From Candidatus Eiseniibacteriota bacterium (GTDB taxonomy: Bacteria; Eisenbacteria; RBG-16-71-46): DNA of 43,133 nucleotides. Made by a program: the position numbers and the translations under genes. Position 1 is the first letter of the stretch. Each line of letters starts with the position of its first letter. Below, one piece after another: positions 1-8,786 of this stretch. The DNA lies in assembly GCA_034678345.1 (NCBI GenBank), contig JAXDBZ010000302.1:1-43133 (forward strand), given 5' to 3'. The notes under the pieces were generated by a model. The model made no database searches and had not been told where the DNA came from. It saw only the letters and a list, made by a program, of their open reading frames with translations.

Positions 1-1
1 C

Positions 2-2830
2 ATCACGCAGGAGGAGTTCGAGCAGCGCGTCCGGGCCGGCATGGCCGAGTACCGCGCGCGGAACCGCAGCGACCTGCCCGCGGAGATCGTCCCCATCGCC
101 CGCCGCCAGATGCTCGAGAGTCTCATCCGCCGGGAGCTGCTCGTGCTGGAGGCCAGGCGGCGGGGCTTCACGGCCAGCGTCGAGCAGGCCGAGGCCCAGC
201 TGCGACGGGACCCCTTCTTCCAGGTGAACGGCCGCTTCGACCCGGCGCGTTTCGAGCAGGCGCGGCGCGCGAATCCGGCGGCCTTCAAGACGGTGCTGCA
301 GTCCACCCGCGAGGGCATCGCGGCGCGCAACCTGATGGAGCGCGTCGAAGCGGAGAAGGGTCCGAGCGAGGCCTCCGTCCGGGCGCGGGCGACGCGCGAG
401 CTGAGCCAGGCCGACGTGGACTACCTGGCCCTGCGCTTCGGCGACTTCGACGGTACCTTCCCCGAGCCCCGGGAGAGCGACGTGCGCGCCTTCTACCTGA
501 CCCACCAGGCGGACTTCCAGCGGCCGCAGCGGGCCAGCCTGTCGGTGGTCTTCGTGGACCAGCCCGCCCTGAGCGACTCGGAGGCGGCGCGGCCCGAGGA
601 CGTGGCGCGTTGGACGGAGCGGATGCGGGCGACCGCCGACAGCATCCTGGCCGCGGTGCGGGCGGGCCAGTCCCTCGAGACCGCGGCAGCGTCGCAGGGC
701 GGGCCGCGGCCCCACCAGGTGGTGATGCCGGACAACTTCCCCCGCTACTGGCAGGGCGGTCCGGCCGCGCGCGCGGCGGTCTTCGCGGCCGCCAACGGAA
801 CCGTCCTGCCCGAGCCCGTCCCCGCGCAGTCCGGATGGCTCGTCGTGCGGGTGGACGAGGTGCGGCCCGCGCACGTCGCGGCGTTGGACGAGGTGGCCGC
901 CGACGTGCGGAGCCGACTGCGGTCGGAGAGCCGCCGTACGGCGGAGGACCGGGAGCTGCGGCAGCTGTACGAGGGCATGCGCGACAGCCTCCGCAGGACC
1001 GCGTACCGCCTGCGCTACGTCGCGGTGGACACCGGCGCGGTGACCGTCCGGCCGCCCGGACCGTCGGACATCGACCGGTTCTACCGGTCCCATCTCGCGG
1101 ACTACTCCAGCTTCGACGCGCAGGGCGGGGTGCGAGCGAAGAGCCTCGACGAGGTCCGTGACGAGGTGCGGGCGCGCTGGCTGAGCGAGCGGCGCGTGAC
1201 CCTGGCTCGGGAGCTGGCGCAGCGGCTGCACGACACCTGGCGACGGGGGCGGCGCGACGCCCGCCTCGAGCAGCGCCTCGGAGCGCGCGACGTAGGCCCG
1301 GCCGTGCCGGGCTCGCCCGCCGATACCGGGCGCTTCGGCCGCATCCTCGGGGATTCGCTCTCGGGCGCGGCCGCCGCCGCGGGGCCGACGGTGGTACGCA
1401 CCCCGTCGGGGTGGCTCGTCTACCACGTCCACGACACCGTGCCGGACTGGGTGCCGGCCTTCGAGCAGGTGCGCGCGGAACTCGCCGGGCAGCGCACGGC
1501 GATGCGGGAACAGGAGGACGAAGCCGGCGCACGCGCCCTGTTCGCGGCATCGCCCGGGCGCTTCGCCGGCGGCGAGGTCATCCACTACACGCGGGCGTTC
1601 ATCCCGGTGGGCGAGGTCCCGGACGTTCCCCTGACGCGCGCCGAGGTCGAGCGCTACCACCGCGAGCACATCGATCGTTTCTCGGCCCCGGAACTGGTGC
1701 GGGCCAGCCACATCCTCATCAGCCCCACGGATCCGACCCCGGCCGCCGACGCGCAGGCGAGGGCGCGTGCCGACAGCCTGCTCGAGCGCCTGGGCGCGGG
1801 CGAGGACTTCGAGCAGATGGTCGCCCGCGTCACCGACGACCCGGCCACACGCGACAACGGTGGCGACCTCGGCCTCTTCGCGCGCGGCTCCATGTTGCCC
1901 GAGGTCGAGCGGGCGGCCTTCTCCATGCGGCCGGGCGACCTGAGCAGCACCCCGGTGAAGAGCGCCGTGGGCTACCACATCCTGAAGGTGCGCGAGTACG
2001 TGCCGAGGGTCGCGCGCCCCCTCAGCCAGATGTACGCCGACGTGGGCTGGATGGCCGCCGAGGCGAAGGCAGAGTCGCTGGCCGCGCGGCGTGCCGACAG
2101 CCTCCTGCGCGCGGTGCCCGACGCGCGCGCGGCACGCGCCGCCGCCCGGAAGCTGGACCTGCGCACCTACTCGTACAAGCACCCGCGCGGCGAGCGGAAC
2201 AGGTACCCGAGCGATCTGCAGAGCTACTTCCAGCGGCTGGAGATGATGAAGCCGGGACAGGTGCTGCCCCTCTCCCGCGAACTCGGCGGACTCGGCTTCG
2301 CGGTGACCTGGGTGGACAGCATCCGGCCACCGGAGATGCCCACGTGGGAGGAGAGCCGCGTCCAGGCGCTCCGCGCCTACCGCGCCGAAGCGGGACAGCG
2401 GGCCGCGCGGGCGAAGCGCGCCGAGCTGGACTCCCTCGAGGCCGCGGGGTGGTCCTTCGACAGCCTCGCCGCTGGATTCGGCGGCATGCAGCGCGTCACG
2501 GACTTCATGCCCGGCGCGCGACTGCCGGGCGTCGGCATCAGCGGCGTGCTGGACACCCTGGTCTTCGGGGCGCACGGCGGCGATGGCCTCGCCGTCGGAA
2601 AGCTGGGCGACTGGGTGGACCTGCCCGTGGCCCTGGTGCGCCTGCGGGTCGCGAGGCTGCATCCGCCCGATCCGGTCGCGCTGCAGTCGCGGGTCGAGAG
2701 CGACCGGCGCAACGAGACCGAGGCGGCGCTGAACACCTACTTCGAGGACCTGAAGCGGCGCTACCCCGTGCGCATCCTCGACCGGCAGCTCCGGCAGATC
2801 CAGCTGCCCCAGAGCCCGGCCCCACGCTGA
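2..2830 (+). CDS. Large PpiD/SurA-like chaperone with one parvulin-type peptidyl-prolyl isomerase domain; 5' end probably lies outside the window
   Basis: ORF 41..2830. The frame stays open back to base 2 (ITQEEFEQRVRAG precedes the first ATG). Parvulin block: SHILISP...GGDLGLFARGSMLPEVERAAFSMRPGDLS..VKSAVGYHILKV. G/C-rich third codon positions. Confidence 0.75.
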   Translation: MTQEEFEQRVRAGMAEYRARNRSDLPAEIVPIARRQMLESLIRRELLVLEARRRGFTASVEQAEAQLRRDPFFQVNGRFDPARFEQARRANPAAFKTVLQSTREGIAARNLMERVEAEKGPSEASVRARATRELSQADVDYLALRFGDFDGTFPEPRESDVRAFYLTHQADFQRPQRASLSVVFVDQPALSDSEAARPEDVARWTERMRATADSILAAVRAGQSLETAAASQGGPRPHQVVMPDNFPRYWQGGPAARAAVFAAANGTVLPEPVPAQSGWLVVRVDEVRPAHVAALDEVAADVRSRLRSESRRTAEDRELRQLYEGMRDSLRRTAYRLRYVAVDTGAVTVRPPGPSDIDRFYRSHLADYSSFDAQGGVRAKSLDEVRDEVRARWLSERRVTLARELAQRLHDTWRRGRRDARLEQRLGARDVGPAVPGSPADTGRFGRILGDSLSGAAAAAGPTVVRTPSGWLVYHVHDTVPDWVPAFEQVRAELAGQRTAMREQEDEAGARALFAASPGRFAGGEVIHYTRAFIPVGEVPDVPLTRAEVERYHREHIDRFSAPELVRASHILISPTDPTPAADAQARARADSLLERLGAGEDFEQMVARVTDDPATRDNGGDLGLFARGSMLPEVERAAFSMRPGDLSSTPVKSAVGYHILKVREYVPRVARPLSQMYADVGWMAAEAKAESLAARRADSLLRAVPDARAARAAARKLDLRTYSYKHPRGERNRYPSDLQSYFQRLEMMKPGQVLPLSRELGGLGFAVTWVDSIRPPEMPTWEESRVQALRAYRAEAGQRAARAKRAELDSLEAAGWSFDSLAAGFGGMQRVTDFMPGARLPGVGISGVLDTLVFGAHGGDGLAVGKLGDWVDLPVALVRLRVARLHPPDPVALQSRVESDRRNETEAALNTYFEDLKRRYPVRILDRQLRQIQLPQSPAPR

Positions 2831-3077
2831 GCCGGGCGGCCCGGCCCGCGCGGGCCCCCCCGGGGGGGGCACGGGCGGGCCGGAGCGGTCTCGATCGGCC
2901 CGAGTCGCGCGATCGCGGGGTTGGTCATTCCGCACTCCGTTCCGGGAAGGTCCGTGCGCATTGCCCGGCGCGACGAATTCGCCGGGCCGGAACCCCCGCA
3001 GCCGGAAGGCTCCCGCGGCCGTTCGGGGTGGTACGGTCCCTGCAAGCCCGACCGTGGACCACCATCGGGAGCCTCTC

Positions 3078-4409
3078 ATGACCGAGCTCGTCTCGACATC
3101 GCCGGCCGCCCCGCTTCGCCGGGTCGTGCTGGTGGACTTCGACTGGCGCGACGCCGACCTCCTGCCGGAGCTCCTGGCCCGCCCGGGCCTGGCCGTGCGG
3201 CTCGTGGCGGGCGGCGCCGGTGAGGACGCGGGCATCAAGATGGCCGAGCTGTGCGAGCTGCCGAACACCACGGATCTCGCCGACCTGACCCGCGAGATCT
3301 TCGACCTGGCGGTCCTGGGCGAGCGCAGTCCGCGCCGCACGCAGGTCGAAGGCCTCCTGCTCGCCCTCGGCACGCCCTGCATCTCGCCCGAGGCCCTGCT
3401 GCACGGCTCGGACCTGAGCCAGCCGCATACGCCAGCGGTGGAGGCGCCGCTGGCCGTGCACGCGGTGGCGCTCGAGAGCGCGCTCGGCGGCGAGGACTTC
3501 GACCGGCTGGTGGAGAAGGCGCTCCCGGACGTCTCCCCGGAGGCCCCCACCGCCCCCCTGCCCGTCATGCCCACGGCCCGCACCGAGGTCCGCGTGCCGA
3601 GCCTGGAGGGCTTCCCCTCCCTGGAGGACCGGCAGGGGCTCGAGCGGGCCCTCGCCGAACTCGTGCTCAGCACCGGTGCCCAGGGCGCCGAGCTGCGGGC
3701 CGCCCGCGCGGGCGACGTGGACCTCGTCGCCCGGGTCGGGGGCGAGGATCCCCTGCTCGAAGGCCTGATCGACCTCGCGCTGGACCAGGACTCCGCCCAG
3801 GTCGTCAGCCGCCTGTCCGGCCCCGAAGAGGGCAAGGCGTGGGGCGCCTGGCCGTTCCGCACGACTCGAAGCCGGGGTGTCGTCGCCGCGGCGGCCATCG
3901 ACCCGGCCTCGGGCTGGACCGCCTGGCAGGGGCTCGTGGACGAACTGCGCACTTCCTGGGACCGCCAGGATCGTGAGCGGGCCGTGCCTGCGTTCCCCCT
4001 GGTCCCCGAGGAGCGGCATGGCTGGCTCGACGCCGAGGGCTTCCGCTCCGCCGTCTCGATGGCGGTGGCACGCAACCAGCGCGACGGGCTGCCCTTCGCG
4101 GTCCACCGGTTCCTGCTGGCGGACCGTCCCGGTGCCACCGAGGCCATGTGCGACCGCCTTCCCGCGCAGCTGCGCGACACGGACCGGCTCTGCCGGCCGG
4201 GCCGCCATGCGCTGCTCCTGCTCACCACCTGCACGCGGGATGCCTTCGACCCCGTCCGGCGGCGCATCGGCACCCTCTGGGAGACGGTGTGGCGGCAGAG
4301 CGGAGGCCCGCTGCCCGCCCCCGATCTCGAGGAGAGCCGGACGGCAGTCACGGGTTCGGCCGACGCGGACCGCTTCGCCCGGACCGTGGACGGCTGGCTG
4401 GCCCCCTGA
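3078..4409 (+). CDS. Hypothetical cytoplasmic protein with a degenerate GGDEF-like C-terminal domain
   Basis: ATG 3078 (MTELVSTS...) is preferred over the track start 2961, which adds an Arg/Pro-rich extension. The C-terminal part follows the GGDEF layout (GWLDAEGFRSAV..ARNQRDGLPFAVHRFLLAD..LRDTDRLCRPGRHALLLL), but the GG[DE]EF position reads PGRHA. Confidence 0.5.
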   Translation: MTELVSTSPAAPLRRVVLVDFDWRDADLLPELLARPGLAVRLVAGGAGEDAGIKMAELCELPNTTDLADLTREIFDLAVLGERSPRRTQVEGLLLALGTPCISPEALLHGSDLSQPHTPAVEAPLAVHAVALESALGGEDFDRLVEKALPDVSPEAPTAPLPVMPTARTEVRVPSLEGFPSLEDRQGLERALAELVLSTGAQGAELRAARAGDVDLVARVGGEDPLLEGLIDLALDQDSAQVVSRLSGPEEGKAWGAWPFRTTRSRGVVAAAAIDPASGWTAWQGLVDELRTSWDRQDRERAVPAFPLVPEERHGWLDAEGFRSAVSMAVARNQRDGLPFAVHRFLLADRPGATEAMCDRLPAQLRDTDRLCRPGRHALLLLTTCTRDAFDPVRRRIGTLWETVWRQSGGPLPAPDLEESRTAVTGSADADRFARTVDGWLAP

Positions 4410-4514
4410 GCCACGCCCCGGCGGAGCCTTCGGACCGCAGGTTCTCCACAGCCGCTCCTTGACCCGGATTCTCACCGTCATGTAATGCTCCGGGCCTTCC
4501 CACGTGGAGGCTCC

Positions 4515-6275
4515 ATGGACGGCTCCATCCGGCGGCTGCCGCCCGAGACCGCGTCCCGCATCGCCGCGGGGGAGGTCATCGAGCGGCCGCTGTCGGCCCT
4601 GAAGGAGATCCTCGAGAACGCGCTCGATGCCGGGGCACGCTCGGTCGAGGTTCGGGTCGAGCGCGCCCTCGACCACCTCTTCAGTGTCGCCGACGACGGG
4701 GCGGGCATTCGCGCCGAGGAGCTGGAGCTCGCACTCGAGCGGCACGCCACGAGCAAGATCGGCACACTCGAGGATCTCGACCGACTGGCCTCGCTCGGCT
4801 TCCGCGGCGAGGCCCTGCCGAGCATCGCTGCGGTCAGCCGCCTGCGCATCACCAGCCGCCCGGCCAGCGTCGCGGCCGCCGCGTTCCTGGCGCTGGAGGG
4901 GGGTGCGGTCAGCGAGCGCGGCACCGCGGCGCGGGCCCCCGGAACCACGGTCGAGGTGGCGGACCTCTTCTTCAACACGCCCGCGCGCCGCAAGTTCCTC
5001 AGCTCGCCCACCGGCGAACTGCGCGCCGCGCTGCGGCTGCTGGAGGCGTATGCGCTCGCCTTTCCGGAGGTCGGCTTCCGCCTGCTGGTGGACGGCAGGC
5101 AGCGGCTGGAGTGGCCGGCGGTGACGGGGGAGGGGCTGGCGGCACGGCGGGACCGGGCCGCGGCGCTCTGGGGTGCCCGGCACGCGACCCAGCTGCTCGA
5201 GGTAGAGACCGAGCGCGAGGGGGTGGCGCTGGACGCGCTACTCGGTCTGCCGGAGCACGCGCGCGCCACGCGGGAGGGCCAGATCTACATCGTGAACGGG
5301 CGCTGGATCCAGAGCCCGATGCTCGGAGCGGCGCTGCGGCAGGCCTACGGGAACCTGCTCCCGCCCGGACGATTCCCCGCGGCCACGCTCTGGCTGCGCC
5401 TGCCGCCGGCGCGCGTGGACGTCAACGTCCATCCCACCAAGCGCGAGGTGCGTTTCGCCGACGAGGAGAGGATCTTCGCCGCCGTGTCGGCCGGCTGCGC
5501 CCGTCCGCTGTCGCAGATCGCCCCGCCGTTCACCGTGGTCCCCGGCGGAGCGGGGCAGGAGACGTACCCGCCCTGGGCGGAGCGCGTCCGCGAAGGGCCC
5601 CCCGAGCAGACCTACCTCGGCCTGGAGGGTCCGGCGGCACCGGGCAGGGCGGCTCCGGCCACTCCTGCCGGCGGCGGGCCGGTGGTCGCGCTCCCCGCCG
5701 TGCCGGAGCCCGAACTCTGGCAGCTCCACCGGACCTATGTCCTTGCGCCGGTCCGCGGGGGACTCGTCATCATCGACCAGCACGCGGCGCACGAGCGCAT
5801 CCTCTACGAGGAGGCCCTGGCGCGCCTGCAGGGCGAGGTCGGCACGTCCCAGCAGCTGCTCTTCCCCACGCTGGTGGATCTCACGAACGACCAGTTCGAG
5901 CTCCTGCTCGAGCTCGGCCCGTATCTGCGCCAGCTCGGCTGGGACCTGTCGCTCCTCGGGCCGCCCACGGTGGTCATCCAGGGCGTGCCCTCGGGGCTGC
6001 ACCACGAGCGGCCGGGCCAGCTCCTCCAGGACGTGCTCGACGGCATGAGCGAGAACACCGGACGCTCGCCGAGCGAGGACATCTCGCACCGGCTGGCCGC
6101 CTCGTGGGCCTGCCACGCCGCGACGCGGGCGGGGGACGTGCTGAGCCAGGAGGAGATGCACTCGCTGGTGGACCGCCTGTTCGCGACCTCACGGCCGCAC
6201 GGGGATCCGCACGGCCGCGTGACCTACGTGCGGCTCGACCTCGACGAACTGCACCGGCGCTTCGGCCGGGCCTGA
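4515..6275 (+). CDS. mutL: DNA mismatch repair protein MutL (endonuclease-type)
   Basis: N-terminal GHKL ATPase signature IRRLPPETASRIAAGEVIERPLSALKEILENALDAGA. C-terminal DQHAAHERILYE (DQHAx2Ex4E). GGAGG lies 4 nt upstream of ATG 4515. Confidence 0.9.
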   Translation: MDGSIRRLPPETASRIAAGEVIERPLSALKEILENALDAGARSVEVRVERALDHLFSVADDGAGIRAEELELALERHATSKIGTLEDLDRLASLGFRGEALPSIAAVSRLRITSRPASVAAAAFLALEGGAVSERGTAARAPGTTVEVADLFFNTPARRKFLSSPTGELRAALRLLEAYALAFPEVGFRLLVDGRQRLEWPAVTGEGLAARRDRAAALWGARHATQLLEVETEREGVALDALLGLPEHARATREGQIYIVNGRWIQSPMLGAALRQAYGNLLPPGRFPAATLWLRLPPARVDVNVHPTKREVRFADEERIFAAVSAGCARPLSQIAPPFTVVPGGAGQETYPPWAERVREGPPEQTYLGLEGPAAPGRAAPATPAGGGPVVALPAVPEPELWQLHRTYVLAPVRGGLVIIDQHAAHERILYEEALARLQGEVGTSQQLLFPTLVDLTNDQFELLLELGPYLRQLGWDLSLLGPPTVVIQGVPSGLHHERPGQLLQDVLDGMSENTGRSPSEDISHRLAASWACHAATRAGDVLSQEEMHSLVDRLFATSRPHGDPHGRVTYVRLDLDELHRRFGRA

Positions 6276-6278
6276 GGC

Positions 6279-7235
6279 GTGGGCGGACCGCTCGTCGTCG
6301 CGGTGGTGGGAGCGACCGCCACGGGCAAGACCGACCTCGGCGAGGCCCTCGCGGCGGCGACGGACGGCGAGGTGGTGTGCGCGGACTCCCGCCAGGTCTT
6401 CCGCGAGCTCGAGATCGGCACGGGCAAGCCGTCCCCCGCGGAGCGGGGCGAGCGGCCGCACCACCTCTTCGACGCCCTCGGCCTCGGCGAGCGCCCCAGC
6501 GCCGGCTGGTACGCATCGGCGGCCGGGGCGGTGTGCGCGGCCATCCACTCGCGCGGGCGGACGCCCGTGCTGGTCGGGGGCTCGGGGCTCTGGCTGCGGG
6601 CCGCCCAGCACGGCCTGTCGGGCGAGCCCCCGCACGAGCCCGCGGTTCGGGAACGGCTGCGGCGCGAGTGCGATCGCCTCGGCGTCGAGGCGCTGCACGC
6701 CCGGCTCGCACTCCTCGACCCGCCGACCGCCGCCCGGCTGAGCCCCCGGGACCGGCAGCGCATCACGCGGGCCCTCGAGGTGTGCGAAGCCAGCGGCCGG
6801 CCGCTCTCCTGGTGGCACGGCCGGCGCGGCAGGCCCGCGCTGGTGGGGGAGTGGCACGTCATCGAGCTGACCGCGGCCGCCGGGGTGCTCGGGTCGCGCA
6901 TCGAGCGCCGCACGGCCTGGATGCTGGAGTCCGGCCTGCTGGACGAGGCGCGCGCCCTCGCCGCGGCCGGGCACGAGCCGGCCCTGAGGCGGTTGCGGGC
7001 CGTCGGCTACGACGAGGCGCTGGACGTGATCGCGGGCCTTCTGGACCCCGCCGAGGCCGCGGCACGCATCACGCTGCGCACCCGCCAGCTGGCCAAGCGC
7101 CAGCGGACCTGGTTCCGCCACCAGGTGGAGGCCATCCGCCTCGACGCCGGAGAGCACGGCACGGCCGGGCTGCTGGCCGCGGCGCTGCGGAGCCTGGGCC
7201 GGGCCGCAGCGCGCCGATCCGATGGGCGAGGGTGA
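6279..7235 (+). CDS. miaA: tRNA dimethylallyltransferase MiaA
   Basis: P-loop VVAVVGATATGKTDLGEALA, then VVCADSRQVFRELEIGTGKP. GTG start 3 nt after the mutL stop. Confidence 0.9.
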   Translation: MGGPLVVAVVGATATGKTDLGEALAAATDGEVVCADSRQVFRELEIGTGKPSPAERGERPHHLFDALGLGERPSAGWYASAAGAVCAAIHSRGRTPVLVGGSGLWLRAAQHGLSGEPPHEPAVRERLRRECDRLGVEALHARLALLDPPTAARLSPRDRQRITRALEVCEASGRPLSWWHGRRGRPALVGEWHVIELTAAAGVLGSRIERRTAWMLESGLLDEARALAAAGHEPALRRLRAVGYDEALDVIAGLLDPAEAAARITLRTRQLAKRQRTWFRHQVEAIRLDAGEHGTAGLLAAALRSLGRAAARRSDGRG

Positions 7236-7249
7236 GCCGCCGAGACCGG

Positions 7250-7279
7250 TTGACAGCAAGGGCTTCCCCGCACTAGCTT
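7250..7279 (+). promoter_or_regulatory. Candidate sigma70-type promoter for tRNA-Gly (TTGACA-18 nt-TAGCTT)
   Basis: TTGACA at 7250..7255, an 18-nt spacer, and TAGCTT at 7274..7279. It ends about 30 nt upstream of the tRNA 5' end. Confidence 0.35.
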
Positions 7280-7309
7280 CGCAACCGGCTTGAAGCGGAC
7301 CTCCCATGG

Positions 7310-7385
7310 GCGGGCATAGCTCAGTTGGTAGAGCGCGAGCTTCCCAAGCTTGAGGTCGCGGGTTCGAACCCCGTTGCCCGCTCCA
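7310..7385 (+). tRNA. tRNA-Gly (anticodon CCC), CCA encoded
   Basis: Manual cloverleaf: acceptor GCGGGCA/TGCCCGC, D arm GCTC-AGTTGGTA-GAGC, anticodon arm CGAGC-TTCCCAA-GCTTG, T arm GCGGG-TTCGAAC-CCCGT, discriminator U, CCA. Confidence 0.9.
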
Positions 7386-7466
7386 TCTTCCGGATCCGAG
7401 GCGCGCTGGCGCGGGTGGGTGTCCCGCCGGCGCGCCGAGCCGTCGAAGGAGGCGCACCTGGCCACA

Positions 7467-8783
7467 GTGACGAGCGGACTCCCGGTGGTCGCCATCATCG
7501 GTCGCCCCAACGTGGGCAAGTCCACGCTCTTCAATCGGGTCCTCGGCGAGCGCCGGGCCGTGGTGCACGACCGGCCGGGCATCACGCGTGACCGCAACAC
7601 GGCCCGGGCCGAGTGGTCCGGCCGCTCCTTCCTGCTGGTGGACACGGGTGGCTTCCTGCCCGGCGCGGCCGAGGGGCGCGACGCGCACGTGCGCCGGCAG
7701 GCGGAGATCGCCATCGGGCTGGCCCAGGCAGTCCTGCTCCTGGTGGACGCCAAGACGGGGGTGACGGACCTCGATCTGGCCATCGCCCGGGACCTCCAGC
7801 GTCGCGGCGCGAGGAGCCTGCTGGTCGTCAACAAGGTGGACCGTGCGGGCGACCAGTCCGCGCACGACTTCCACGGCCTCGGGCTCGGTGAGCCGGTGCC
7901 GGTGTCCTCGGAGAACGGGCTCGGCATCGGGGATCTTCTGGACCGGGTCATCGCCCTCCTGCCGCGAGAGGCGGGTGACGGCGCCAGGCCGGGGCCCCAG
8001 GTGGCCATCGTCGGCCGCCCCAACGTCGGCAAGTCCTCCATCGTCAACGTGCTCCTGCGCGAGGACCGCGTCATCGTCGAGCCGCGCGCGGGGACGACCA
8101 TGGACCCCATCGACACGGAATGGCGCACGCCGGCGGGCACCTTCACGCTCGTGGACACCGCCGGGATCCGCCGCGAGGCGCGTTTCCAGGACGAGGCCGA
8201 GTTCTACGCCGTGGTGCGGGCCCTGAACGCCCTGCAGCGCGCCGACGTCGCCTGCCTGGTGGTGGACGCCGCGCAGGGATTCCTGAAGCAGGAGGCCCGT
8301 CTGGCCCACAATGCGCTCGATGCCGGCTGCAGCGTCCTGCTCGTCTACAACAAGTGGGATCTGGTGGAGGACCGCGAGGCGGCCTGGAAGCGCCTGGTCG
8401 CCGAGCGCGCCGAGCGGTACCCGACCCTGGCCGATCTGCCCGCGGTGCCGGTGTCGGCCACCGAGAGGATCAACCTCGGACGCCTGCCGCGCCTCATCCT
8501 GCAGCGCGCCGAGGAGCACGGACGGCGGATCCCGACGCCACGCCTGAACGAGTGGCTGGCGCACGTCCAGAAGGAGAGGGGGGTGCCCTCGACGCGGGCC
8601 GGGCACACGCCCAGGCTCTACTACGTGGCCCAGACCGGCACGGGACCGCCCGAGTTCACGTTGTTCGTGAACCATCCGCAGCGGCTCTCGCAGAACTACC
8701 GCCGCTTCCTCTGGCTGCGGTTCGCGGAGCACTTCGACTTCCACGGGACCCCGCTGCGCCTGCGGGTCCGCAAGAGCGACTGA
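7467..8783 (+). CDS. der: Ribosome-associated GTPase Der/EngA (two tandem GTPase domains plus a KH-like C-terminus)
   Basis: Two G1 motifs: VAIIGRPNVGKSTLFN and VAIVGRPNVGKSSIVN. The track start 7350 overlaps tRNA-Gly, so I chose in-frame GTG 7467 downstream of GAAGGAGG. The exact start is uncertain. Confidence 0.88.
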   Translation: MTSGLPVVAIIGRPNVGKSTLFNRVLGERRAVVHDRPGITRDRNTARAEWSGRSFLLVDTGGFLPGAAEGRDAHVRRQAEIAIGLAQAVLLLVDAKTGVTDLDLAIARDLQRRGARSLLVVNKVDRAGDQSAHDFHGLGLGEPVPVSSENGLGIGDLLDRVIALLPREAGDGARPGPQVAIVGRPNVGKSSIVNVLLREDRVIVEPRAGTTMDPIDTEWRTPAGTFTLVDTAGIRREARFQDEAEFYAVVRALNALQRADVACLVVDAAQGFLKQEARLAHNALDAGCSVLLVYNKWDLVEDREAAWKRLVAERAERYPTLADLPAVPVSATERINLGRLPRLILQRAEEHGRRIPTPRLNEWLAHVQKERGVPSTRAGHTPRLYYVAQTGTGPPEFTLFVNHPQRLSQNYRRFLWLRFAEHFDFHGTPLRLRVRKSD

Positions 8784-8786
8784 ACC

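Noticed and set aside
285-1550. 421-aa minus-strand ORF, and similar ORFs at 610..1161 (+) and 1411..3081 (+), overlapping the PPIase gene
   Set aside because: Their translations are Arg/Pro/Ala/Gly low-complexity strings, typical of off-frame reading of GC-rich coding DNA. The + strand frame at 41..2830 has a clear parvulin domain.
2925-5183. 752-aa minus-strand ORF spanning the GGDEF-like gene and the start of mutL
   Set aside because: It has no recognisable motifs and a composition dominated by R/G/A/P/E. It lies antisense to two genes that have good motifs and RBSs.
7350-7466. N-terminal extension of the der ORF
   Set aside because: It overlaps tRNA-Gly (7310..7385) and translates to an Arg/Ser/Pro-rich string. 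The GTPase domain begins right after GTG 7467.
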